Shown in pieces: positions 12,386-25,200 of a DNA stretch of 64,000 nt. The notes below the pieces were generated by a model. It ran no database searches. It worked only from the letters and a program-made list of their open reading frames with translations, and was not told the origin of the DNA. This stretch comes from Vitrella brassicaformis CCMP3155. Taxonomy: Eukaryota; Protista; Chromerida. The DNA lies in the NCBI GenBank assembly GCA_001179505.1, contig CDMY01000322.1, positions 57,887 to 121,886 on the forward strand, given 5' to 3'. Every line of letters begins with the position of its first letter. Position 1 is the first letter of the stretch. The position numbers and the translations under genes are program-made.

Positions 12386-13735
12386 CTGATTCACTCGGAA
12401 ATGTCCGTCTGTCTCTGTGTGCATCAGCTCATACCAGGCAGGCAGGCATGCTCTCCTCAAGAGCAACGAGCGGACCGCCAGCTTCCATTCTTGTGCAAGA
12501 ATGAGAGCCGGGGGTCGGCAGGATGCTCTTGAAGACAAGCATACACGCGCCACACCCAGAGAGGCCAGCCAGCCAGCCGCATACGTGGTGCGCATGGTAG
12601 GAGGGCAAAAGTCGATACGTAGGGAAAATGTCTTCAGTGTCTGTCTGCCTGCACGTGTGCGTCTGTCTGTGTGTGGCTGTGGTTGTGGCCGCGTGTGTGG
12701 TTTGTGTGTGTGTGTGTGGTAGCCACACCAAACCATGCACCGTGACGGAAAATGGGCGGAGACGACTTGCATTAATTAAACGTAACACTCGTCTGTATGT
12801 CCGTGACACTCATACAAATACAGTCCCATCAGCACGGAAAGTCAACAGGCTCAAGCCTGGGGAGGAGGGATCGATCCCCGCCCCATCAGCACACCCCAGT
12901 CCCCCTCCTCCCCCCTCACCCCTGCAGACAGTAGCTAGTCGCACGCGCGAGGGCGATACACAGACGCGATTAAATTTCCGACCCTTCCACCCTCCTTCTC
13001 CCACAGCGCATGGGCCATGTGGGCGATGAGATGAACACGTTGGCATCCATCGTGTCCCCACACACCGTCGCACGTCACCACCAGAGGGCAGAAGGTCATG
13101 CGGGAGTCGCAGATGGCCGAGCGGTACTTCTTCATCTTCTTGGTGGTCACGTGCTGCTTCAGCATGGCCTTGGTCGATCTTGGAAGCACAAGACGGTGCG
13201 TCAGCATCAGTGATGCAGATGTCAAACGACGCAGCCGCCTGCCGCTCCCACACGCCGCGAGCGACGGTGTCCGCCCTGACCCCGCGCTCCCCCTCCTCTC
13301 CCTCCTTCAACACCACCTCCCGACGCACACCAGCGTCACCCCAAGCCATCCCAATCAGCTCGGCAAAGGTGTCCCGCAGTTCATTGTGGCGACGAATCAC
13401 CAGGCCGTACCGCTTGCAGCACAGCGCATGGTCGACGGTGAGGGGCTGGTTGCAGTGGTCGCAGCGTGCAGCGAGGCCGGGCGGCTGACGGCCGTACCGC
13501 ATGTTGTGTTGAGGGCATCGAAACTCCGCATCACAAAGATCACTGTTGTTGTCTGTCAGCGGGAGGGTGGTCAGCCAGCCGGACGTCTTGTGTATTCGGC
13601 GCTGCGGGAGAGGGCGCGATGGCGCCGGCGGTCGATGTGCGGCACGGCGGTCGATGCGATCAATAACGCGTGTGTGCGTGACTCGACTCGTTGAGAGAAT
13701 CAGCCAGCCATCCAGCCGTCAGCCCTCAGCTGCCA
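12386..13735. repeat. Dispersed non-coding repeat, copy 1 (interrupted by retroelement 12771-13657)
   Basis: Shares CTGATTCACTC, GCGGACCGCCAG..CATTCTTG(TG)nCAAGAATGAGAGC, TAGGGAAAATGTCTTCAGTGTCTGTCTGCCTGCACG, GTAGCCACACCAAACCATGCACCGTGACGGAAAATGGGCG and GACTCGTTGA.AGAATCAGCC with 16906-17705. Confidence 0.8.
12771..13657 (-). mobile_element. 5'-truncated, frameshifted non-LTR retrotransposon fragment (CRE-like, restriction-like endonuclease C-terminus)
   Basis: CDHCNQPLTVDHALCC (CCHC finger), RRHNELRD, RADTVARGVWERQ...FDICI, then after a frameshift KKMKKY...FCPLVV..DG. A/T-rich 3' tail at 12771-12780. The segment is absent from the paralogous repeat at ~17630. Confidence 0.75.
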
Positions 13736-14369
13736 GAATGAACTGCACCCAGCCATACTCAGATGGTACGCAATGAGTATTCGAGGAAGTCCCGCGTCCA
13801 CGTGCTGTTTGCCGCGTTTGCTTGTGCAGCGGAGGCGGGCTAGCCCGATGGCCAGATCTGAGCCGAGAAATGGGAAGATCTGGCTGTCCACTTCAGGGGG
13901 CAGGTCAAACAGCCGGCTGCTTTGCTGGCCGGCCTGAAGGAAGCGAAAGTGACAAGTGACAGCAACGACTGACTCCCTCACTGCATCGCATCGCGATGAT
14001 GTGCCTGTGGCTGTGCACGTGGCTGTGTGGTCTGTCTGTGTACTGTACCTGTGGGTGAGGCAAGGCTGCAGCAGCAGCCGATGATGATTCTGATGACGCT
14101 GCCATCGTCGAGCATCACTCAGCTCAAGCGACGAAACAAAGTTCGTTTTGTTCGTTCGGTTACACGGGAGCCCCGGCTCCTGGTGAGGAAGAAAAGAGGA
14201 GGAGAAAAGAGGAAGATGGAGAGGGGCAAAGAGATGACATCGGTGCCTGTAGGCGGACGGAGCCGCTAATTCGCCCCGATGATGGATAAGTAATATTGCT
14301 CTTCGCGCCGCCTGAGGCGCCGTTTCCGCTTCGTGGCACCTGTTGATCATCAAGCAGCGTGTGTTTGAG

Positions 14370-16364
14370 ATGTCTGGTGCTGATGGCTCGAAGCGCCAGC
14401 GCATCGACGGCGGGTTTGCCGAAGGTAAGAGAGGACGGCGACAGCAACGATGCAGACATACAGAGGATGTCCCGTGCTATGTGTGGTGTCGTCAGATCGT
14501 CAGATGAGTGGGATGTCATCTCAGCCGCAGATGGACGTGACCCGTGACGCATCGGTGGGCGGTCTCTCCCATGTACATTTGAGCGCCCTTTGTGTGCGAT
14601 GAGGGCTGTGTTTGTCTTGTGTGTCTGTTTGCAGGCGGCAGGTGGTAGCTTGAGCTTTGATGAGCTGCAGCGGCGCTTCTCAGTGCTGCTGGCACAACTG
14701 ACACAGGTGAGAGATACGACCATGACACACATGCACACACACAGCTGGACCATTTGTTGGGGCTGCATGTGTTGGTCAGGTGGAGCGTGATGTGTCGGTT
14801 GCAGAAGGCTCATTCGCCTTGAATGTCACGCCCAAGGTCAGAGAGGTTATCCCATCACCACCGCCGCCATGACTCATTCCTCTTTGTCTGTGTCGATGGC
14901 CTCAGGTGCCGTCTGCTTCCTCTCACTGGTCCACCCTCAAGAGCAGCATCTCGGCCGCCTCTGGCGCCCTCACCGCCATCACACAAGGCATGGCGGCCAC
15001 TCGCCCACCCCCCACTCCTCCCCCAGCCCCCCATCCATCGCCTCCAGGTGCCTATGCCCCCACTCACACCACACACACTGGAGCTGCTGCTGATGTTGAC
15101 AACGCGGCTCGTCGCACGGAGAACCGCCTGCCGACAGATCTNNNNNNNNNNNNNNNNNNNNNNNNNNNNNNNNNNNNNNNNNNNNNNNNNNNNNNNNNNN
15201 NNNNNNNNNNNNNNNNNNNNNNNNNNNNNNNNNNNNNNNNNNNNNNNNNNNNNNNNNNNNNNNNNNNNNNNNNNNNNNNNNNNNNNNNNNNNNNNNNNNN
15301 NNNNNNNNNNNNNNNNNNNNNNNNNNNNNNNNNNNNNNNNNNNNNNNNNNNNNNNNNNNNNNNNNNNNNNNNNNNNNNNNNNNNNNNNNNNNNNNNNNNN
15401 NNNNNNNNNNNNNNNNNNNNNNNNNNNNNNNNNNNNNNNNNTTCGTGCTGCGCCGCATCGGCACGGACCTCACCCGCCGGTCACTGTTGGGCCTCATCGA
15501 CGTGGAGAGGCCGTTTCAGTACTACACCAAGTGCGCGTATGCCCTCGAGCATGGCGGGGCGGTGTGGTGTGAGTGGCCCGACTTCATTCGGCTGGCTGAC
15601 ATCTACAAGCTGACGCCCTCGACTGGTCTGCCGCTGATCATGTCGCCCCAGTGGATGGCGGCCCACCTGCCCACCAAGGCCGACTTCCACACCATGCCCC
15701 TCGCCCTTCGCCAGTACAGCACATTCGGCCACCTCCTCAACTGCAAGGGCACCAGTCTGGTGCTCACAAAGCTGGATGAGGCCGACGATGGCAAGAAGGA
15801 GGGCGGGGGAGATGGAGGGGACGGTGGGGTGACGCGACAGCGGTATCGCATCGGAGTCGGTCGAGACGGTGCCGCTGTCCGCCCTCCCTCCCTCCCCAGC
15901 ATCCCTACCGCCACACATATGACCCCCACAATCCGCCCATCCGCCACGCCCATCTCATCCGCCCCCGCTTCCCCTCATTCACGGCCTTCATGAAGTCGAT
16001 GGTGTTGTTGGGCTGGTGTTGCCAAGAGGGGGTGGAGGTGGACGAGAGGGAGGTATTCCAGGCGGAAGTAGGCGATGGCGATGAGGGCTACCAGCGACTG
16101 TTGACCGATCCCATCGACGGCCACACCACCATCGACTTCACCGAGGGAAATGAGGGGGGGCTGCGACTCATCATCATCAATGGCACACAGGAGGACGACA
16201 CCGTCGCCGCCTACCTGTACCTGGCCGATGGCTACATCTACCTCTTCACGACCGAGGCGGCCATCGAGGGCCAGGAGCGGCTGGACGACCGCTACCCCAT
16301 CGCGCTGTCCTTGGCCCGCCCTCTGCTGACCAAACATGGCCTCGGCCACCTCATCCCGCAGTAG
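14370..16364 (+). CDS. Lineage-specific hypothetical protein, spans an N-gap; apparent frameshift near 15860-15897 (possible pseudogene)
   Basis: Exons MSGADGSKRQRIDGGFAE, AAGGSLSFDELQRRFSVLLAQLTQ, VPSASSHWSTLKSSISAASG..., FVLRRIGTDLTRRSLLGL...RYRIG. The coding-like sequence resumes in another frame: QHPYRHTYDPHNPPIRH...FMKSMVLLGW...RYPIALSLARPLLTKHGLGHLIPQ*. Confidence 0.6.
15142..15441. other. Assembly gap (300 N)
   Basis: Run of N. Confidence 1.
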
Positions 16365-16905
16365 AGGAGAGCACACAAGACAAGTGAGCCACAGTGCGGG
16401 AGAGAGATTCACATATACAAGGTGCAACAAGTGACTGCATCGATGGCATCTCTGTGTGTGTGTGTGTGTAGGTGAGTTGATTCGTAGACTGGTGGTGCTG
16501 GCAGTGAACAGACAGCCCAGCAGCACTTGCAGCGAGATGTGAGTAGATGAGATGGACGGGCGCGGTGTCGTCTGCCGACATCTGTGCGTTTACATGTCCA
16601 CGTCGTCCGGCCATGTGTGAGAATGAGTGAGTGGTCATGTGTGAATTATACTGACTGACGGTGGGCGACTTCACTCACATCCAGTCCAATCCAACTGTCC
16701 GTGCCGTATCCATAGATATTCACACGCGCACTCACACGCGCCGCGCCCTCTCTGTTAGTGCTGTCTCCAGGGTGTGGTGCTGTCTGTGCGTGTTTTGTTA
16801 TCTGTCTATGCAATTGCATCCATCGCATACCATAGAGGCTGATCTCCTCTCTCCATCTTTCTCGAGAAGCCACGGGACCGATCTGCGGCTGACGGCTGAC
16901 GTTAC

Positions 16906-17705
16906 TGATTCACTCTTGAGTGTCTCTCTCTTCCTTCATTCGTTCGTTCGTTCGTTCGCTTCGATCAGCAGGCATGCATGCCTTCCTCCACAACAACAAG
17001 CGGACCGCCAGGGTTCATTCTTGTGTGCAAGAATGAGAGCGGGCGTACAACTTGCGCCAGTGAAGGACGGCCATGCAAAGCCATGCGCCGCACCGCACAG
17101 CTAGCTCACTCAAGAGGAACAACGACAACATATCTTTCTCTGCGCGTGTGTCTGTCTGTGTGTGGGGGGTCGGTCATTGCTCGGCATGCTGCACTCACAA
17201 GGCTCTCTGTCACACCTAAGGCTCTCTGTCAGGTGTGACAAAGAGCCGGAAGAGCAGCTTCACGAAGAATGACCGACCACACACACCGAAGCGCCCTGTC
17301 TTTCAGCAACGTACTGCCAATCAGAATCAGAAAGCAAAACCACCAGCTCCCCCTCCCCCCTCCATCTGTCGTACATTACACATCAGCCAGCCAGGCAGTC
17401 AGGCAGCCATTCACATCAAGAGAGGTGAGCCAGCCAGCCAGTCAGTCACTCGCGTAAGTGGGTCGCGTGATAGATAGGAGGGCAAACCTCGATTCGTAGG
17501 GAAAATGTCTTCAGTGTCTGTCTGCCTGCACGTATGCACCTCTCTGTGCGTGGCTGTGGTTGTGGCTATGTGTGGTTTGTGTGTGTGGTAGCCACACCAA
17601 ACCATGCACCGTGACGGAAAATGGGCGAAGACTTGCGAGCAATGACGTGTGTGTGGGTGACTCGTTGAAAGAATCAGCCAGCCAGCCATCCAGCCATCAG
17701 CCCTC
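16906..17705. repeat. Dispersed non-coding repeat, copy 2 (lacks the retroelement insertion)
   Basis: Colinear blocks shared with 12386-13735; junction ACTTGCGAGCAATGACG is uninterrupted. Confidence 0.8.
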
Positions 17706-18010
17706 AGAACGAACGGCACGCAGCCATGCTCACACACATGTAGAAGATGCTCACGAATCAGCCTTAAAGACGGCACATGGAGAGAGAGCAAGCCCATCGC
17801 CTTACACACACACACACACACACACCTGTGCACCGATCGATGCACGCCACCCAAGACAGACAGACAGACAGACGGACAGACAGGCAATGCAGCCATCCAT
17901 ACACACACGTCGACACGACTAAGACGCCCACCACCACCACCACGACCACCCAACAACCATATCGATCGACCTACAGCCCATCCCGCCATTGATGTGTGAG
18001 TGTGTGTGTC

Positions 18011-20718
18011 TCAGTGTCCCTGAGGGTTGCCGCCAGCACTGCGCTGCGCCCGCACGTTGACGTGCGCTGGGACGGAGGCCGCGTGTGGCAGCGGCGGGTG
18101 GTCGCCCGGCAGCCGCAGGCCGATGGGGCTGCTGCTCTCCTCGGTCATCTCGACCGTGTCGTCCTCGGCTGTGAAGGGGTCCGCCAGGTTGGGGCTCGAA
18201 CGGGCCGAGCGGAGCCGATTTCTGATGGGAGGAAGACAGATCACATTGGCAGACAGACAGACAGGCGGGTGGGGAATCGTGTTTGTGGTATGTCATGCAG
18301 ACCTGAGATCGTCGAGTGACACGGAGGACACTGACCGCTGGACCAGGCTCGACTCAGATCTGCAGGCATTTATTCCTGACGTGTGTGTGTGTGTGCGAGT
18401 GCCTGTGTTGGTTGCGTGAGGCGTACCGAGCTGATCTTGGGCTGAGTGGCGAGTCGTCGATTGACGTGCCTTTGGTCTCCAGCACCCAGCGATACGTCAT
18501 CAGGAATCCCACCAGACACACAACTGCATCCCACACAAGCACACACAGCGCATCGGGTGAGCAGGACCTGTTGGTCTCAGTGACCTGTGGCTGCAGCTAC
18601 CTGCGAAGATGTTCATAGATGCCGTGACGGAGAGGAACTTGGAGCCGAACACCAGTATCAAGGCTGACAGCCTGACGCCACACACACACACCCCAGACAC
18701 AGACAAACAGCTTCTGGTGGCTGGTGCTGCTGCTGCTGCTGGTGCTGGTGGTGCCGACACGTACCAGTTGATGACGCCGCAGTATCCGAGAGCCGTCCCG
18801 CGTATCTCGACGGGGTAGATCTCTGACAGATAGATCCACACCACCGGGCCCAGCGAGAAGGAAAATCCCAACACAAAGAGCACCGTCGCCGCCACTGACA
18901 GCCACGCCAGCTGCACCAACCATCCCACCCACACAGGCAGATTCACGTGTTGAAACAAGAGAGAGCAGGGCCCTGATGTCGGCTGACTGACCCAGTGGTA
19001 TGGCAGGAGGTGGATGTTGTACTGCTCGGCGAGCAGGCGAAGAATCCCCACCGGCAGCATAGAGCCCCACTGAGTGGTGTGCACAACCGCAGGCAGCATC
19101 GTTGTCCAATGTGGATCTATCTTATGTTGTGTGTGTGCGTCTGTGCGACTGTGCTTCACGCACCTCAATGCCTAGTCCGAGCAGCAGCAGCGGCCGTCTG
19201 CCGAGGGTGTCGACGAAGGTCGTGGTGATGATGGACATGACGACGTTGGCAAACTGCATGGCACTCGACACCCACGTCACCTAATCCCCCCCCCCACCCC
19301 ACACACACNNNNNNNNNNNNNNNNNNNNNNNNNNNNNNNNNNNNNNNNNNNNNNNNNNNNNNNNNNNNNNNNNNNNNNNNNNNNNNNNNNNNNNNNNNNN
19401 NNNNNNNNNNNNNNNNNNNNNNNNNNNNNNNNNNNNNNNNNNNNNNNNNNNNNNNNNNNNNNNNNNNNNNNNNNNNNNNNNNNNNNNNNNNNNNNNNNNN
19501 NNNNNNNNNNNNNNNNNNNNNNNNNNNNNNNNNNNNNNNNNNNNNNNNNNNNNNNNNNNNNNNNNNNNNNNNNNNNNNNNNNNNNNNNNNNNNNNNNNNN
19601 NNNNNNNNCACACACACCACACACACACACACACACACAGAGGGGGCGATGCCTGCAGTGCCTCCATGGGCTGGCTGTTTGCCTGTCTACCCAGTTGGAG
19701 GGCAGCCCACTCTTGGCGAACATCTCGTTGGAGGTGGATGTGATGACGTTGATGCCGCTCAGCTGCTGCAAGGCTAAAGATGATACAGACCACAGCAACA
19801 GCAACAGCAGGGGCTGGGGTGTGGTGCGCCGTGGTGCTTGCGTGTTTGTATACCAGCCATTGAGAATCCGACGAGCAGTGGGTAGCGGTAGAAGCCGTCG
19901 TAGAGTGCCGAGGACATGTTGATCTCCGCCAGGCCCTTGGCCTCCTCGGCGGCGCGCATCATGTCGATCATCTCACTCTCAACCTAATGTAACAAGCGCA
20001 CAGACACAAAAACCCTTACACAGACAACGAACGGCCTCTGTTGGTGAACCTGTTCGAGGTCCTGTGCGTCGTAGATGCGCATCACGACCTCTGTCGCCTG
20101 CTCCATCTTGTCACTACACCCACACACAAACAGCCGACAGCAGCAGTGCTTTCTTCGACCGACTTTGTCCTTCGTGTGTGTCGTGTCTGTGTGTCTGCTG
20201 CTGACTGTGTGAGCAGCCAAGGGGGCGTCTCGGCGTTGCACCAGCAGGTGAAGAGGAACAGAGCAATCGCGGACGGCACCGCGTTCACGCCTGACAGACC
20301 GACGTACGTTGGGACACACAGTGATTGCAGTGTGGGCTGCGGTCGACTTGCGGCGGTCGCTGGTCGCTGGTGGGTTTAGGTAGGTGACCTACCGAGCATG
20401 ACGCGCCACCAGTGGCTGTTGTAGGCGTCAAGCTTGTAGTTGGGGTCATTCTCGAGATTGGGGGACTGCGTGATTGATCACACAAACCGACACGGATGTG
20501 GGGTGGGTGGTCTGGTGCGTGTGTGGTTTGTCTAGCCAGCCCAGCCCAGCCCACCACCCCACCCCCCCACCAGCCCACCAGGTTGAGTCCGATGGCGATG
20601 GAGAGGAAGATGCCGATGGATATCATGACCTGGTGCATCGCCCCGTACGTGCCCCTACCAGTCACAAACAGTCGGCGAGGCGATGAGATGAGTGGTGTGG
20701 AGCAATTCGGTGCTCTCC

Positions 20719-20755
<37 letters not shown>

Positions 20756-22032
20756 TCTTTGGTCTTTTCCTTCCTCTCTCACCGTCCGGAAGGGTTGCTC
20801 ATCTCTGAAATGTAGACAGGTGTGATGACCGTCACCAGCCCCATGCCGAAGCCAGATATTACCCTGACACAACCACCACCAACAACAACACGCACCACCG
20901 TGGTCCTTTCGTTTATGGCTTGTTGGTGGAGTGGAGGGAAGAGCCCACCGCGAGAGGCACAGCTCGATGAGGCCCGTGGCAAAGAAGCCGATGACGCCGC
21001 CAACGATGAAACACACGCACGCCAACTGACCGACACACACAGAGCATGGCAAAGCGGCAGGATGCTTTGGTTTGCTCGTCCTATTCACCTGCAGTGACCT
21101 TCTGCGGCCCCACGCGAGCAGGCCTCCGCAACAGCCGGCGCCAAACACCGCTCCCAAGAACACTGCACACACGTGGATGGCAAGACTCCGCCTGTGTGTG
21201 TGTGTGTGTGGCTGTGTGATGTGTGCCCACCGATACTGTTGACGGTGGTTTGGTAGAGGTTGCTCTTGTAGCAGTCCGACTGCCACTGGTTGCCGCACCA
21301 CCGAAACGTCAGGGCTATCAAACTGTTGCAGCTGTTCATCACACCCAAGTTGTATCCTACATGCACTCACACACACACGACAGTTGGACGAAAAGATGCC
21401 CCTACGGCACACAAACCGATCGGTCGTCCGCTGTCGTGTGTTCGTTCTCACCGAACAGAAACGACCCCAGCACAGCCACAGACACCACCTGCACACACAC
21501 ACACACACACACACACGATAAGAGCGACCACTGCAGACGTCCGCTCTCCCTCCCTCTCTTTGTCGCTCGTTAGCTGACCCACCCGTGTTGAGTAGGACTT
21601 GAAGAAGTTGGATGAGCGCTTGATGCATGAGGGCGTCATGCCCGTGCCCGCGTCGGGAGGCGACTCCCCCGCCAGCCCCTTCTCGGTCTCATCAGCCGCA
21701 CCCGACAGCGGCTGATACACATCGTCCGGCACTATCTTGCGACGCAATATGCCGCGACGACCACGGTCGAGACCTGCAGGCAGACACACAACACAGATGC
21801 ATGAGAGGAGCCATCCAAACGCAGAGATGGATGGGATGGCATTGCGTTGCGTGGGCTCATCTCATTCATCTGTCCATCCAGCGATCGCATGAGTTCGTTT
21901 TCCTCACTCACTCTTTTTGGCGGATTGGCTGAGTGCGAGAGGGACAGTGAGCGGCAGGGACGGCGGCTGGGGAGGCGGATCAGCTCCCTGGTTGGGCTCG
22001 TTGTTGAACAGAGGTACCGAAGAGGTCTGCAT
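18011..22032 (-). CDS. MFS hexose transporter, apicomplexan HT1/GT1-like
   Basis: GYNLGVMNSCNSLIALTFRWCGNQWQSDC (Cys pair as in HT1/GT1 loop 1), WGRRRSL, RVISGFGMG..PVYISEM, RGTYGAMHQVMISIG, QQLSGIN, FVDTLGRRPLLL, GFSFSLGPVVWIYLSEIYPVEIRG, VLETKG. Confidence 0.92.
19309..19608. other. Assembly gap (300 N) inside an intronic (CA)n microsatellite
   Basis: Run of N flanked by ACACACAC on both sides. Confidence 1.
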
Positions 22033-22227
22033 GGCGATGGATGGCACCGATATATGGAAAGATGGAGCGAAAGATGGGGGGGAAGATGCCACCAGCTGAG
22101 CAAAGCTGGCAGCCAGGCAAGTCAGAAGCCACGCATTTCGCCTGCCCTTCACACTTTGCAGCTCGCACAAGCCTAGGGGTGCCCCCTGAAACCGCTGTTC
22201 CCTGCGGGAGATTTCAGAATTTCGGAG

Positions 22228-25200
22228 ATGAGCATGTCAGATTCGTGTTTGAATTTGTCATCATTTGACAGCCGATGCAGGGCATCGGCTGCCGCCGAGG
22301 TGTCGGTGGAGATGATGATGGACGGGCTGCGTTCGGAGGACCCCCGCGCATTTGGCGATGCATGTGCGCTCATCTCGCAAGCTGCGTCGCTCCAGGACTC
22401 GCTGCCCAAGGTGCACGAGCAGCTCAAGTCGCTTTTGGCAGATCTCGCAGGCGACATCAACAAACTCGACTCCGTCGTCACACGTGAGCGGAAACGGCCG
22501 ACGACAAGAGGCATGCAGAGGCATGCAGGGCAGGGCCACCGGATTCCTGCTGGGTGCATGCTTGTGTTGGATTGGTGTGTCGGTCTGCAGGGGTGGCGGA
22601 GGCCTTCACAGACTCTAGCAATGCAGCCAGGCAGTCGGCAGCCGCCCGGCTCCTCTCGCTCACCTTCTGCCTGGGCGCAGCGGCGCTTCCCTTCCAGTTT
22701 TCCGAGTCCACCATGCGGCATCTCATCGATGCGGTGGCGGGCGCCGAGGCGGCCGAGGGCAACGACATCACGACGGTCAAGTTCAGCCTGCTGCGGCATC
22801 TCATGGAGGCGTCGTACGTGACGGCCGCCATGAGAGACGCGCTGCTGGTGCGGCATCAGGCCACGGTGGAGGAGGCCATCAAGTCGTTGTTTTGGAGCGG
22901 CACTGCTGTCGTATCGGCTGCGGGGGAGCTGCTGCAGGTGACTGACCGGGGAGAGGGGGAGAGGGACCGAGAGCACATCAGAGATGGCTGGCTGTGCCTG
23001 TATCTGTCTGTGTGCGTGGTTTGGTTTGGTTTGTGCAGTCTCTGTTTTCACTGCAGAAGTTTCCCCCGCCGTCACCTCTGCGTTCGATGCTGTTTGTCTT
23101 CCCCACCCTCGTGGACGTGGTGCAGCGGCAGACGAACATTGAGCAGACACACATGTGGGGGCTGACCATCCTCCTGCTGGGCGTCACGCTCAGAAACATC
23201 GACAAAGCAACCAAAAAGAAGAGTAGGTGCCGACAGGGAGGGAGGGAGGGATTGACTCCTTTCTTGTCCGTGTCTGTGTTAGGATTGGGGAAGAATGACG
23301 AGTCCAAGGAGATGTTGCGTGAGTTCATCTTTCCGAGCATCGTGCCCCTGAGCACCATGCTGGCGTCAGACGATGTCCACCTGAGTGTCAAGAAGACCGC
23401 GGCGCTCACCCTGGGCGTCATGTTCGAATCTGCCGACTACATGAGCAGAGGTCAGACAAACAAAGGGACAGAGACCACACACATACGGCTGCCATCGAAT
23501 GGACCGTCCCTCCCCTCTGTGTGTGCAGAACCGTCGACGTACAGCTCCCTCGATGCCCTTGATCAGCCTTACGAGTACTCCTTCCTGCCGAAGCGGCTGT
23601 GCAAGCGGCTCCTGGAGGACCCCCGCATCCTAGGCTCGGTCATGGCGGCCATGAAGGAGGAGGTCAGCCACGAGGTCAACGCCCTCATCGCATCAGCCCT
23701 TCTAGTCCCCTCCATGAACCTCATGAGACCTGACGGTGAGTTAGAGGGAGGGAGAATGGGTGTGGAGCAGAGCAGACACACGGGGGGATGCCTTCTTGTC
23801 TGTTTGCAGATTCAGTCGACTTTCAGAACGCGATGGATGCCGGCTGGCTTGACGTCCTCGCGTCCTATGTGCGGCACAAGGCGCTGCTCAAGGACGGCGA
23901 GAAGATGGCTCGGACGCTGCTCGTCACATGGAAGATGATACAGACCAACAAAGAGGTCAAACAAGGGGAGGGCTCGAGTGCACGCCCGAGTGTGTGTGTG
24001 TGTTCAGATGGCGGTGCGCACGGAGCTGCCTGAGGCGTTGTGTGAGTTGGTGGTTGAGTATGCCTACCATCCCTTGAGCCCCAAGGCCAGCCCCATGATC
24101 GACAGGATGTCCCGCATCATCAACATCGACTTCCTGTGCTCCATTGTCAACGACATCGTCACGTAAGCCAAGAAAAATTAAGAGACGGCATTCATCCTGT
24201 GCTGTGGCCAATGTGCGTCTTGTGTTTGTTGTGTTATGAGCAGGCCCCTGCTGGACGGCGAGGAGTCGCACAAGCAGCTCATGCGCCGGCTCATGCAGGT
24301 ACGCAACTACGCCGCAATCAATAGCTCCCTCACACACGCCGTCATGTGCTGTGCTGTGCCTGCCCCTCCGTCTGCTGGTCTGTCTGTGTCAGTTCGATTC
24401 CATCAAGACGCTCCAGTCGATGAGCCAGCAGCAGGCCGAAGAGGACAACATCGGCGACTGGCGTCTCCTCAACCTCCTCAGGATCATCGAGCTCAGGTCC
24501 GTCGGCAAGCCACTCGTCCCGACACCATCGCCATACGCCGCCATACCGCCCCCACCCCCACAACAGCAGCCACGCCAGCAGCAGCAGCAGCACCCGCCAC
24601 ACACACAGAAGAAGCATCACCACCTTCCGCCGCCCAAGAAACCGCCAAGCCCTAGCAACGGTGCCCCATCACCCCCCTCCAAGAAGTCGCTCGAGGAGCA
24701 GGAGAAGGAGGCGCGCAGGCACGCAGAGGAGCTGTTGGCTGAGGAGCGGCGGGCCAAGGCCAAGGCCGACAAGAAGGCCAGGAAGGCCGCCAAGCGCAAG
24801 GGAGGGGCTGGGGAGGGGGGCGCAGCGACGGGTGGCGACAAGACTGTGCCGTCGAATGCTGCACCGATGGATCAGTGAGCGATCGAGCCAACACACCATT
24901 GCTTGCTACCTCTGATGACCTCTGCTTTTGGTGCGTGTGTATGTGTGTGTGTGTGTGTCAGGCCCGTGTCTGAGAGCCACGATGACGATGCGGCCGGTCC
25001 ATCCAGTAGCTCTCAGTAAGAACACAGCCACTCATGGACACACACATGTGTCTGGCGTGGATCGCTTTTCGTTTCTCTCGATCTGCGTGTGTCCAGACTG
25101 CCCGAGGTGCCGACGCTGGAGTCAGTGGCTGAGGAGCCAGCCGATGAGGAGCTTGATGTCGATTCGCCGCCAGCCGACGCCCACCGAGAGTAAGTGCCGG

